Under the pieces are notes generated by a model. It was not told where the DNA came from. It searched no databases and saw only the letters and a list, made by a program, of their open reading frames with translations. The position numbers and the translations under genes were made by a program. A DNA stretch of 63,750 bases, counting the filler, from Perkinsus chesapeaki ATCC PRA-425 (lineage: Eukaryota > Protista > Perkinsozoa): NCBI GenBank assembly GCA_013115145.1. It is 14 parts of 14 records of this genome, joined end to end, with 100 filler letters (N's around TTAATTAATTAA, not from the genome) between each part and the next. Parts side by side here need not be neighbours in the genome. Positions count along the whole stretch, not along the records: positions 20,916 to 32,018 come from JAAPAO010000860.1; positions 32,119 to 49,141 come from JAAPAO010000692.1; 12 more parts are not named here. One strand, given 5' to 3'. Of the stretch, positions 24,127 to 35,283 are shown in pieces; the first letter of the stretch is position 1, and every line of letters starts with the position of its first letter.

Positions 24127-26404
24127 TCACCGGTTGATAATGGCACAATTGACCAGATCCTGAGATGGTAGCAAATAGACTTTCATCCTGATACCAGCAA
24201 TCTCACCATTGTACCGCATTCCTATCATAGTGTTACTGGCATTCTTCAACACACTATCTGTCAAACCAAGAAGATTTAGAGAATCTTCGGTCAACTGGTA
24301 ATGACCCTCATCGTCCCGAACCATCACCTGAGAATGACCCAGCTTGTACAGTTATCTTCAACGGCACTTCGCTGCGGTGAATTTCTCGTAGCTTTTCTTG
24401 CATTGAAACTTAACGAAAAGCTTTCATGAAATGCGGAATACCCAAGCAAGGGCAGCCGAGGGCTCACAATGAAAAGGATTGCTAACGATGATGTTTACGT
24501 CGTAGTCCACAGCAGCCTGAACCGCTAGTTTCGACTACTTACAACAACATCACAGTTATGCGGATTGTAGGTTTCTTCAAAAAGATCAACCGTCCAATTG
24601 AACCATCTCATGAGAAAAATACGAAGTGTTACTCCATGAGTGACAATAACCTACGCACAATAAAAATGAACAAAATATCAACAACATCATCCCGACTCAC
24701 CACATCAGAATCATCTGTATACCGAAGGTGACCAGCAAACACGTCACTTCGGGTTCTCGGTCGATATTCCCGCCTGTCATAGAAGCTGATGATTCCAAAC
24801 ACTTCCGAGCGTTGGGCTCACAGGCTTCCCCTTGTTGGGTCGTTCCAATGACGCTTCATCGACTCGAGGAAGGTCGTCACTCGGTCGTACACATCCGCGC
24901 CAGATTCACCTGCATGGTGGAGAAGGATCCAGATAAATCTTGGTAAAGGTTTCGCAGAATCGAAGTCGCTTTTTCCCGCCTTTCCCTAAACGGTTTTTCC
25001 AATGAGTTTGGCCGCCTAAGTTTTGCCCGCTTCCGCAATATATTGCTAACGCAGCCGCCCAAGTCTATAGCAAGCTCCTCCGCATCCGGTAAAAGATCCC
25101 GTCTGGAGCGTGGACCAAACGGAGGCCCATTTGGCGTTCATGTTTCGACTGTGTGCCCTTCTAAATCTAGATGCATTAGCAGGAAAAGCGATCTTCCCAC
25201 TTCCATCAGAACGGCGGAGAATGTGTTGGCAATTTATGTTGCGCGAGTGCATCTCCAACCTAAGGATACAACGAGTTCCCGAGCTTCCGTTTAACTCTGC
25301 GAGACTTCTACTCTCTCCGCGAGGAACCGTCGCCAACTCTCATGTCGGCTAGCATATATATAATCCAACACCGCCGCCTTAAATGCAAACGCGGCTGCTA
25401 CCGTGTGGAAATCGATAAAAGAAGCGTCCAAATCTTTCTCGCTCCTGCTTGCATTTCAACATCTCCGTTGGACATTGAAAATTGCCGAAGTCCTGCTCAC
25501 GTATCCTCGGCTCTGATCGAACCGATACAACTTTGTCCAGCCCGATAGTTTTGGCAATTTCCTCATAGGTCTGAACACTAACAATTATTTCTCCACCAAT
25601 GAGCCGTTCACCTCGACTGTTCGGCGATACGGACTGACATAGAACACTGCCTTCTTGACAATCTTTTTAATTTGCTCTCCGGCACATCTTGCTTCCAAAT
25701 GCCCCCTCCCCGTCAGCGGCACTTTCCAGTCGGGTATTTGACTGTATCTGAACCCCATCAAATCTACCCCCTTCAGAACGTAAAGTCCATCGAGGCGATT
25801 CCACTAAATAATCAAGCCGGACCAATTCCTCCCGACTCCGGTATATGGCACGTAATATGTACAATCAAATCCCTCTCAGCCTAACCAACAAAATTTTAGG
25901 TCCTACAAGCAGAATTGTAGCATTCATCACCCCCATGGAAGATTCTCTCCACTTGAAATCTTGCTGCTGCGGCGGCCCCCAAGATATTACGTATGCTCGT
26001 CAATATTTCCCATGCTCTCTCCATGCCGAACCTGCCCAGAATTAAGAGGGAAAAGTCGGTATGAAATAAGCTCACCAAAATTATTCGTTTCGGTCTGAAT
26101 CCTGTACACGCTGCTGCACGAGATCGACGCTTGAAGGCTCCATAAGGAGGGAGCTTTGGAGCTGAAAATCATGGCAAATAATAACCCAATTTTAGTGTTA
26201 TTATTTTTCAATGAAATAAGAATTCCCTCTTCGATTACACAGAATATTCAGGCGACACTTAGCGGCAAGGCCTTTCGGATACTTGTTATCCAATTCACGG
26301 GTGAGCTCCAGACGGGAACGTATATTCGTGGCGCGTGACGGAGTCAACGTCATCGTAATCGCACAGAGAGACGGCGGACCAGGTTGATGTTTTGCTGTTT
26401 CCAT
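24127..26404 (-). CDS. Histidine phosphatase / phosphoglycerate mutase family protein (DET1-like), multi-exon; ends approximate
   Basis: Manual minus-strand translation gives VRHGESMGN, YVSPYRRT, EPRIREQDFGNFQ, ERFGRFFYRFPHG, GESGADVYDRVTTFLESM and VIVTHGVTLRIFLMRWFNWTVDLFEETYNPHNC in order, separated by short introns. Confidence 0.88.
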
Positions 26405-27106
26405 TTTCAACGACGAAAAAATGTATTTGCATATTCATAATCGTCACGCGCCACAAAAACTCTTGCGGTGGTGTACCGCCATTATAAAGCTACATACCTT
26501 AGACGACTTCGAAGTACGAAAACGATTGTTACCGAAAATGAAGGTATTAACGCAGATGACATAACCCTTAGGATTTACTATAGGATCAATAATACACTTT
26601 CCCAAAGTAGATCTGATAGCAAACTCGGAGCTACAAAGGCCACACCCATGGACGCTTGAACCACGTTGAATCCTCGCGCACTGTGCGATGACTTCTTATT
26701 GAGTTGCATATGGTATATCAGGGCGTAGCTGGGTACTTGACAGTGATACAGTCCGCTCCATCACTTCCAGCCGTGTTAGCGGAATTTTCAAAAGGCTTAG
26801 ACCCTACAGTGGCCCCGGCGCCAACTCCTCAGGTGACATAAATTCCTGGCGCCCCTTTCCCCTTGGGCGCTACTGCTACCCCTATATTACACCTCGACCT
26901 TCCAGCATCATCAGCATTGCTTGAACAATCACCATCATTCATCGAATCCTCCTCTTCCTCGGTGCAAGCGGACGAGTCAATCCGAACGGAAGGAGGCTGT
27001 AGAATTTGATCTAAATTTGGGGACATTAATAAAAACAATCTCAAAGATTCAAAATAGGTTGATTATTGACCCCAAAGAAAGACAGCAATAATATGAAACT
27101 GTTAAA

Positions 27107-28324
27107 TTACACTAAGATATCTTTCATAGTAAACTCTTCCGGATCTGCCGGTTGTTGAGCTGCATCATATCGAATCCTTCCCCACAGTTCACCATTCCTT
27201 GGTGACATTATCGCCGTATAAATCGTACCCTTGTTCAACACGGGCTTCGATGATATGCAGTCCATGACAACCCCGAAAGTAGCCACTTGACCATCCTTCT
27301 GTCCATGTCCTTCGATGCATTCCTCCGCCTTGGTTCGTCGAGGGTCGCTCGGTGGATCCGGGAACCAATTATCATGGTTAGTTTCAACTGCATACCAACT
27401 TTTCTTCAAATCCTCTACAGGTACCACCACATCAGTCTCATTCCGTGTCAGAATGGCTCCTTGAAACTCACCTCTACCAGCCACTGCGATATACACCGAG
27501 GCGCCGAAGGGAATCTTCTTCAAAAAATCAACGGCGTGATCGAAGTCTGTAACTCGATTGTTAAAGATCATCTCCCTGAACATATACTTGTGTGGAACTG
27601 CGCCGTCTCGAATTCTCTGCATTATTTCACTTTTCGGTTTATTAACAGATCGCCAGTTCTCCTGCATAGATAGACCGTCCGGAGTGACAGCTGTGACCAT
27701 ACCACCAGCGAACCAATAAAAGTCCAAAGCCTCAACGTCGCTCATAACGCTCCCTCCGTTAACATATTTCAATTGTAGGGTAACCCTCCTAGCATAGTCT
27801 GGTGCGCCTTGGTCCATATTTCTGCCATGTACAACATGTCCATTTTTATCGGCCACCAACAGAGCAGAGCAATCGTGGTGAACTTTGGGGTCTTCCCGGA
27901 AATGTCCGATTTCATGACTGTACGCCCAAGCAGCCAGATAAGCGTAACTAACATAATGACCGTGCCTGGCAAACTCATCAGAGATCCCACGGAGCTCCAG
28001 AGCTTGTACTGGAAAGTATCTTTCCAGGGAGCTCATAAAGGTCTCGTAGTCATCATCAGTAAGCTGGTCGAAGGTAGTCTTGTTCCACTGGGCAAACAAA
28101 GGCTCGAAGCTCTCATTAAATTGCCACGTCTTCAAGGAGATATCAACCGCAGACTTAAAGCGGAGCGATGGGCGCTTAGATAGGTCAACAACTACACGAG
28201 GAGCTGGCTCAGCTGGCTCAATGCTACCAACGGATAGGATCTTAGTAAAGGATAAAAGAACCGGAAGGAGCATTGGTGGAGGAAGAACTAGCAATAAAGA
28301 TAATACGAAGACGAGTGATGACAA
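27107..28324 (-). CDS. Acid ceramidase / N-acylethanolamine acid amidase-like Ntn hydrolase, single exon
   Basis: 405-aa ORF with N-terminal hydrophobic signal/anchor. Autoprocessing Cys motif CSALLVADKNGHVVHGRNMD, plus ILTR, YAVETNHDNW, DPRRTKAEEC and PVLNKGTIYTAIM. Confidence 0.9.
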   Translation of the reverse strand: MSSLVFVLSLLLVLPPPMLLPVLLSFTKILSVGSIEPAEPAPRVVVDLSKRPSLRFKSAVDISLKTWQFNESFEPLFAQWNKTTFDQLTDDDYETFMSSLERYFPVQALELRGISDEFARHGHYVSYAYLAAWAYSHEIGHFREDPKVHHDCSALLVADKNGHVVHGRNMDQGAPDYARRVTLQLKYVNGGSVMSDVEALDFYWFAGGMVTAVTPDGLSMQENWRSVNKPKSEIMQRIRDGAVPHKYMFREMIFNNRVTDFDHAVDFLKKIPFGASVYIAVAGRGEFQGAILTRNETDVVVPVEDLKKSWYAVETNHDNWFPDPPSDPRRTKAEECIEGHGQKDGQVATFGVVMDCISSKPVLNKGTIYTAIMSPRNGELWGRIRYDAAQQPADPEEFTMKDILV

Positions 28325-28913
28325 GGATAGGAAGAGAGGACCAAGCCAAGTACGACGGAGCTGTTAATCATATCAATCATGCGGTCAAGGTATATTCAAC
28401 GATCCGTGACCGGCGGCTAGGCTAGCAAGAGACGGACGGAAGAAAGTGTCACGCGCCACGAAATTTGAAATTAGCAGGCCCCCGACATCTTAACTGGATG
28501 ACTGTGACTGTGAGGGATCCTTGAAGTCGATGGGCTGATTTAATTGAGGGGGGCTGTTGTTGTTGTTTCATCATTCTTCGTTATAATCATCACGATGTGG
28601 TACGCTATCAACCTTCCTGTATTGGGCTGCTATCAAAGCTCGGCTGGTGTAAAATAATAGGCTATAGCATCACTAAACATCATTTGAGGCTTATAAGCTG
28701 GGATCGTCGGGATGGCTTGATTTTCATTACTAACAGCTCGTAAACGAATGCTATCTTATCTTTGAATGTACTTTAGATAATCGGGCATTAAAAGTGAACA
28801 TGACTTTGCCCAGTGATCATAAAAGTGATCATAATGTGATCGGCATTAAAGATCGAATAATACAAAAACTTATTTGCATCATTCCCAAGCCTTAGTTTAA
28901 TTATCCTATTGTT

Positions 28914-29586
28914 ATGTCATCCCCGTCCGGTACTGGTCGAGACTTACGTAAGCTTCCAGAAGAGGAGCGAATGACCTTAGCCGTTAAAGGACCTACTTTT
29001 ATATTCGACGGTGTCTGCAATCTGTGCAACACTTGCCTAAGATTTGTATGATAAAAGAACGATTGCTAATCGGAGGTGAAGATTGAACTCAGGTTGATGA
29101 TCATTTGAGACCTGATGCCGATGTCAAGTATATGTGGACTAATCATCCAGATACACTGAAGGTGCTAGCGAAGTAACATTTTTTGTACCTTCCCTGCTTC
29201 AACCTAAGATACTCCTTCAGATACAACGTGAGTGAAGAGGATATAAACAAGAGTTGGGGCTATCTGAAAGGCGGTCATCTCTATCGTGGGTCAACAGCGT
29301 GGTTAATGGGTTTGCAAGAACTGCGAGCTCCATGGTCTTGGGGATATTACCTCATTTACGTCCCTGAATGTATAAGAGAATTCGTGTAAGCTGCTACTCC
29401 GGCTTCCCCTTGTGCCCGCTTAAGAGTAGGCTGTTCGCATGTGAATCTTCCAGATACAATTTGGTGGCACAGAATCGTTATCGTTGGTTTGGCCGAACAG
29501 ACCAGTGTCAGATGGTTAATAAATCTATGCTATATCGTTTCTTACATACTACCCAAATGCCTAATAAAGACACTAAGACGGAGTGA
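28914..29586 (+). CDS. DCC1-like (DUF393) thiol-disulfide oxidoreductase family protein, 4 exons
   Basis: Exon 1 carries FIFDGVCNLCNTCLRF (DGxCxxC). Later exons read YRGSTAW, VPECIREFV and YNLVAQNRYRWFGRTDQC, joined by short GT-AG introns. Confidence 0.85.
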
Positions 29587-30259
29587 GCACACTGCACTGG
29601 GTTTCCTGTGTGGAACTTGCTCCTTGAGTTTATCAGTTATTATATTGATTATAGTATCTAATAAGATACTATCATGATGATAGTATCATCATAATTATGC
29701 GACTTGTATAAGACGTGATGTAACGTCTATCCCCCAAGGTCGCAATAACCAACCTTCTACGGTTACTGACTTTACCCGTAGTACGGGTAAATTACTACTA
29801 CGGGTCTACTCCAATGTACTACATTGGAGTTGAACCCGTGCAGTGCAAAGCACCGGTGCAAAGCACACTGTACATTGCACTCAGTGCGCCGTTTCAAGGA
29901 CTAGCGCTCTGACCCCTGCAGCAACGCAACGAGTGTAGAGTGGACATGGGAAACCTTTAGCCCGCACGACTTGTGCGGATGATATTCGAGAATACGGTGA
30001 CAAGTGATACAGCGCTGCGGCGGGAAGAGCGGTCGTTAGGTTGAACGGTTCAACTTGAACCGATATACCCGTCCGCAGGGTGGCTGCTAAAACGGACCGT
30101 AAAGCATAGTAGAGTAGACAGGGCCGCGCAGATAGCATAAGGATCCCCAGGGCGGAGTGGGAGGGAGAAGAAGAGAAAGGGGGGGTGGAGTTACACCAAC
30201 AACGTTCGCAACAAAGGACTTCCGACATACGATAGGAAATATTCGGAGTGCGGTAGTGC

Positions 30260-31837
30260 ATGAACGTGCAAAGATACGCGCTCCAGTGGTGCACTAGTTG
30301 CCCCGTGTGCCAGCCTAAAACGGATCTGGATCCCGTCAGCTTGCCGTCAGATAGCGAGATTGGCAAAGAGTTCAGAACGCTTAAATTTCTGAACCAGTAC
30401 GATAAAGCAAGATACTTCGAGCGTCTTGCTGAGGATCAGGGCGTACTGCACCTGCTCAAGGTCATGCAGGAGTCTACATGTCCAGCGAACCCTCCTGCCA
30501 CGGTTCCTTCCCGGGTTAAGTCTTTTGTATCCACCTTAGACCTTTCCCAGCGTAAGATCGAGAAGCTTGCTGGTAGTGTCAACAGAGACTCGAAGGGCTC
30601 CGTATTTCCTCAGAGGTCAGCCATACCGTATGGCCCATACGGTCGTCCTTGTCAGACTATAAGCTGAATTTCGTCCTGCGAGATCACTATGTGGTCCCCA
30701 AGGATATACTCAACTTTGTTTGCAAGCACTTCGAGCTTCCATCCTCCAGCAGCTCCAGCAGCACAGAAGGCTCACAGAGTCTCTGTGACAGAGACTCGTG
30801 GTTGGGATGGACTTTGGTGGTGGTACTAATAAGGTAGCCGTGCGTCCTGCTGGACTCGCCGGTGGACATGGCTGTTTGGTTGTGTTGGACAGCAGAAAGG
30901 ACTCGAGGCTGACCACAGAACAGATCGTTCATGAGCTGAAACCGCTCGAGCAGAGGTTCCGCTTGCTGTTCAGTTGTGATAACAAACAACTCCAGTTCTT
31001 GGCTTGTACTGTACCAGTGTACCAGTGGTACATCATCTAACGCCTGCTGGATATGCGGTATCGTCGAGAAGAAATGTCAGCCTGACATTGTCTGGGAAGG
31101 AATGTGTTCGCATTGGAGTCGGGCGAAGATAGGTGGGAAAAGGCTCCACTCTGGGTCAAGGACTACAACGAAAAGTGCGCTCTGCGCAAGAGAAAACCTG
31201 CCCACGTAAACGGGCAGAAGCATCTGCCTTTAGTGTCTCGCGACTCCCTACTACTACGTTGCCTCCACATCTTAATGGGGGTGATACGCAACGTCTTTTA
31301 CGGTATGCTAAGGTCTGGTGTATGCAGGAAACAACTGGAAGATCTTCTGACCGATAAACTGCATATATCTCCAACCAAGCCTATTGCAGGAAGCACTCTC
31401 GAAAAGACCAACGTTTTGTGCTACACCGGGAAGGACTGCAAAAGGATCCTTGACAACTTGGATACTATTGCGCCTGCTCTCCGAGGCTTCGAGAAGGGGG
31501 AAGATGCGTGCAAGGTCTTGGCAGCTACGAGTCTGCTAATGCAGACACTGATGGCTGCGGATTCGGTAGAGTCGTTGCAGGGTCGCGTTGGATGGGGTCC
31601 AATCTGCTCGGTCAAATGGCCATGTGGAACTGGCAATACTCACCCGAGGAAACCTCGGAATCCGTCAACGATCTTACTCCCAGAAGTCCTACCCCTAGGC
31701 CGAAGCGGAAGCGGCCACAGCTTGCATTATCGCCCCGGGTTGATCTGAGTTCCACCTCCCAGCCGTCCAATCGGTTTCAGTCAGGCGGTTCAGAGTATGT
31801 TGATGGTCGGGAATCCGACAGTGAACGATTCTCTTGA
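30260..31837 (+). pseudogene. Decayed DDE transposase of the RAG1/Transib/Chapaev-like group
   Basis: Across several frameshifts, in order: GMDFGGGTNK, FSCDNKQLQFLA, TSSNACWIC, PLVSRDSLLLRCLHILMG, YTGKDCKRIL and possibly EETSESVN. Recognised by eye only. Confidence 0.6.
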
Positions 31838-31905
31838 TTTGTTAGTAGCAGATCCGTTACTCCCGGGTGGGTCGTCAGTCATAGTATAACGCAACAAACA
31901 CAAAG

Positions 31906-31927
31906 CTTGAGCCAAGATGGCTACGGT
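31906..31927 (-). other. Exact Perkinsus 22-nt spliced-leader sequence with no following GT donor (SL relic, not an SL RNA gene)
   Basis: Plus strand CTTGAGCCAAGATGGCTACGGT is the reverse complement of ACCGTAGCCATCTTGGCTCAAG. The next minus-strand bases are CTTTG, with an ATG 23 nt further on (31882). Confidence 0.9.
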
Positions 31928-32689
31928 CTACTCTCATCTCACAGTCCACTGAAACTACATCCACCGAGTGGTAAATGAACGAGGTGTACGTATGCGCATG
32001 TGTACGCATGCACTAAGCNNNNNNNNNNNNNNNNNNNNNNNNNNNNNNNNNNNNNNNNNNNNTTAATTAATTAANNNNNNNNNNNNNNNNNNNNNNNNNN
32101 NNNNNNNNNNNNNNNNNNTAGTGGTGGTTTAGTATCGGCCACTTCAATATACCCTGGGAGGTGGTAGTGGTGGTTTAGTATCGGCCACTTCGCCACAATC
32201 ATCTAGGACTCACAATTTCGTGAAACGCTGAACTTTAGTGAAAGCGCTTTCGAATGTAGGAACTTCAATTCCGACTTGACAAGGACGAACTCACAACACT
32301 TGAGTAAGGAATCGAAGGAAGTTGAATCCTTCTATTGTGTCACGTCGAGCTGTAGTCCTTGGATGACGTCAAGCAGTATGGAATCTTCGTATGTAGCTGA
32401 CTTAGCTCTACTAAGTTGAAGTCCCTGTCCTGGTTGAGTCTCCCGATACGTCCAAGGGTATATATGGACCTATAACGGAGAGCGGGGTAGGCGGCTTTCC
32501 CTCAGTGTGAGACACCAAGCCTCAGGCAATAATTGTAAAGTGTACATGATAGCATAGAAATTTGCTGCAGTTAGCACTGCTATGTGTTTTAATCACCCAA
32601 TGCGGAGTTCTCTACCAGTGCCCTGTTGCGTAGTAGTTATGAGGAGTACAGCTCATTAACATTTAATTAGGATTTCCAATAATATAATC

Positions 32690-35283
32690 ATGTACCCTCG
32701 CCCCGGCTGGTCTCTGTCGTTGTATGACCTCGTTGATATCTTTTATGGCGTTGTTGCTGCCATTGTTCTCACCATACCAGCTGTGGCCCCTCCTGCCGAT
32801 GCCTTCTATGTTCCAATAATAGTAATCAAAAGTCTTCCTTACCTACTTCACTCCTCTTTCTAGGTAATGGTAGCCCCAAGCATCGCACCTATGGTACCAA
32901 TGCAACCTCTACCAATGGCTCTCCTATCCATCATCTTACTATTCGCCTTCGCCCTTGGGTTTTCATTAGGCTTCATAGTCTACGCTCTGGGGGAGGTGGC
33001 TTCGGGCGGTACTCCACTGGACCGTGCCTGGGCATGTTTTGCTCTGCTACCATTCACGTTGTTGCTCGCGCTAGGTCTACCGCAAGCTCGAACAAAATTC
33101 AGTGGCTTTCTGCTGGCCGGTATCACTATGGGGATTATGTATATTCCCGTTGGTTTTTACTCCCCGGATCCTTATACCGAAGTGAGCATCATATTCCTTC
33201 TGCTCATTTGTTTGCTAGCAATTTCTACTGGGCTGGCTATCGTGTGGAAGCTCCTTCACTTTATACCATACAAAGGGCCAGAACCTCTCCAAGTGTTCGC
33301 TTATACATATGCCGACTGCTTCGATACTCTTGTTGGATACTTCGACTCGGCCAGCGAGCATCCTGAGGTGGTCGAAGCTGTCTTTCAGCAGTTCGACGCG
33401 GCGTGCATGGCCGTTGCTCCATGTAAAAAAGTGTCCCCGGCTTTGGGCGAAGTCATGTGGAACTTGGCTGGTGAACTGTTTGCTCTTTATGACTGCCTTA
33501 ATCAACACCAGTTCGATTCCGTTACTCAAAAGATGCTTTGGGAACCTTTGGCATCTGAAGTATTTGATATTCGTGGGGCGGTTGGGAAGACACTGAGGAA
33601 GACAGCTGACGGTGAACCAACCGAGGCGGACATAGATATATTACGCAAGGTTCGGACCCTCCAGAAACACGCAGGAGAGGTTTCGGTCGCTCTGCGAGAC
33701 TGTCAAGCCATTGTCGGCGAAGATCTCAATCAATCTGAAGTTGCTCGATTTTATTACGCTCTGGAATCAATTCTGTCAATAGCAGCCTTGGTAGAGAGAT
33801 ACCGAATTCTGTATGAGGAAGCTGATGAAGCGGCAAAGGAGAAGGCTGAAGAAAATAAGGTAAGCGAAAAATTCAAGCTGCTACACAATTTTCGCTTTGC
33901 CAGCAACTGAGCCTCTGTACAAAAATGGCAGGCCTGATCAAAGTCGTTTCGAGTGCGTTGATGAGCTGGTTGAAGCGGCCACTATTCGACGATCTTCATG
34001 GCTTCTCCGATCTTATGTCTCGTATGCGCATCCCTCTTCGAGCCGCCTTGACCATGAACATTACTTGTACTCTCCTTGCATTGTGGGGTAACTACAGCGC
34101 GATTGTGAGAAGTCATGGCTTCTGGGCGGTCATACCACAATACGTTCTCTTTCTTCCAACTGCTGGTGCTATTCTACTCAAAGGCACAAGACGTATCATC
34201 GGTACACTACTGGCTGGAGCAGTAGCAGTGCTCTGCCTTCACCTGCATCCTGATAATATGGCTGCCTTTTATGTTGAAAATATTCTTTTCACTATCGTGG
34301 CAAAGCTCGGTATGAAAAGTAAAGTAGTTGGGTATGCCGCTTACGTCTTTTCTTTCACTTGGGCAATTGTTGGCTGGGCTTCTATAATGCTACCTTTATC
34401 CGAGACGGAACAACTGGAGATTGGTCTGTGGCGTTTTGCCTTCACCACTGGCGGTGTGATTCTGGTATTTTTCACTAGTTGTCTCATTTTCCCAGAGTTC
34501 GCCGCAACTCAGTTGATTGAAGGGAGTGTAACATCTATTCAGACTGTTGCCGACAGAGTTGCCCCACTCCTACTCGGAGGGTGCCTTGAAGAATACGAAG
34601 GTGATGATGAACGATTGGCTGCTCTAATGAATAAGTGGGAAGACTTTGGACGGGAAGCCTACAATCAGATAGCCTTGCGCATAAACCTTATGGATCATGC
34701 AGCTGCTGAAATAGCTATCTATGGTAGACTCCATTTGGTCCCAGAGTTGAGCAAGCGTGTTTGGCGAAAACAAAGAGACATCACCAGCATCCAGAGAAGC
34801 GGTCTGGTACTCTTCACGTCCGTATTAATTCTGTACCCTCACGTCAACGATCCAAAAATACGAGACCTTTTCCGCCCTGCAAATGATAGGATACGCGCAT
34901 TAGGGAAAGCTGTCCAAGCTTCTGCAAATAGGATGACTGAACTGTTGAAAACTGGTGTCGTAACCAACAGTCCCGGTGTCTCCGAGGCCAACGATGATCT
35001 CCACGTTGAAGTTCAGAGATGCATCGACGCCATGCGCGATCAGACAGACAGAATAACGGCAGAGTTTATCACCAATCCGAATAGGAGTGGTGACCCGTCC
35101 GCCTACATGAAGCTATTTCATACAGCCTATGCGTTGAGCAATTTTGCTACCACATGGGAACAGCTTGAAAACGTTCTTATGGGGGAGAGAGTTCCGTGTG
35201 AAATGGCCCAGAGTCCTCCTAACTCTACTGAGTCCAGCTCTTCACAGACGGTTCCTACTTTCCGAGGCAGAGAACAATCCTGA
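32690..35283 (+). CDS. FUSC/ALMT-like (aromatic acid exporter superfamily) membrane protein, copy A, 3 exons
   Basis: ATG 32690 and phase-0 introns 32822-32863 and 33860-33903 join the ORFs in frame. There are two multi-TM blocks, and the motif FWAVIPQYVLFLPTAGAILLKGTRRIIGTLLAGAVA is typical of the FUSC/ALMT membrane domain. Confidence 0.8.

Noticed and set aside
7761-29586. Fragmented ORFs as a sign of an alternative genetic code
   Set aside because: Where checked, short GT-AG introns restore the frame under the standard code.
32119-32191. Two 27-bp repeats separated by 19 bp, CRISPR-like
   Set aside because: Only two copies at a contig edge in a eukaryote with no cas genes; a 46-bp-period tandem repeat is sufficient.
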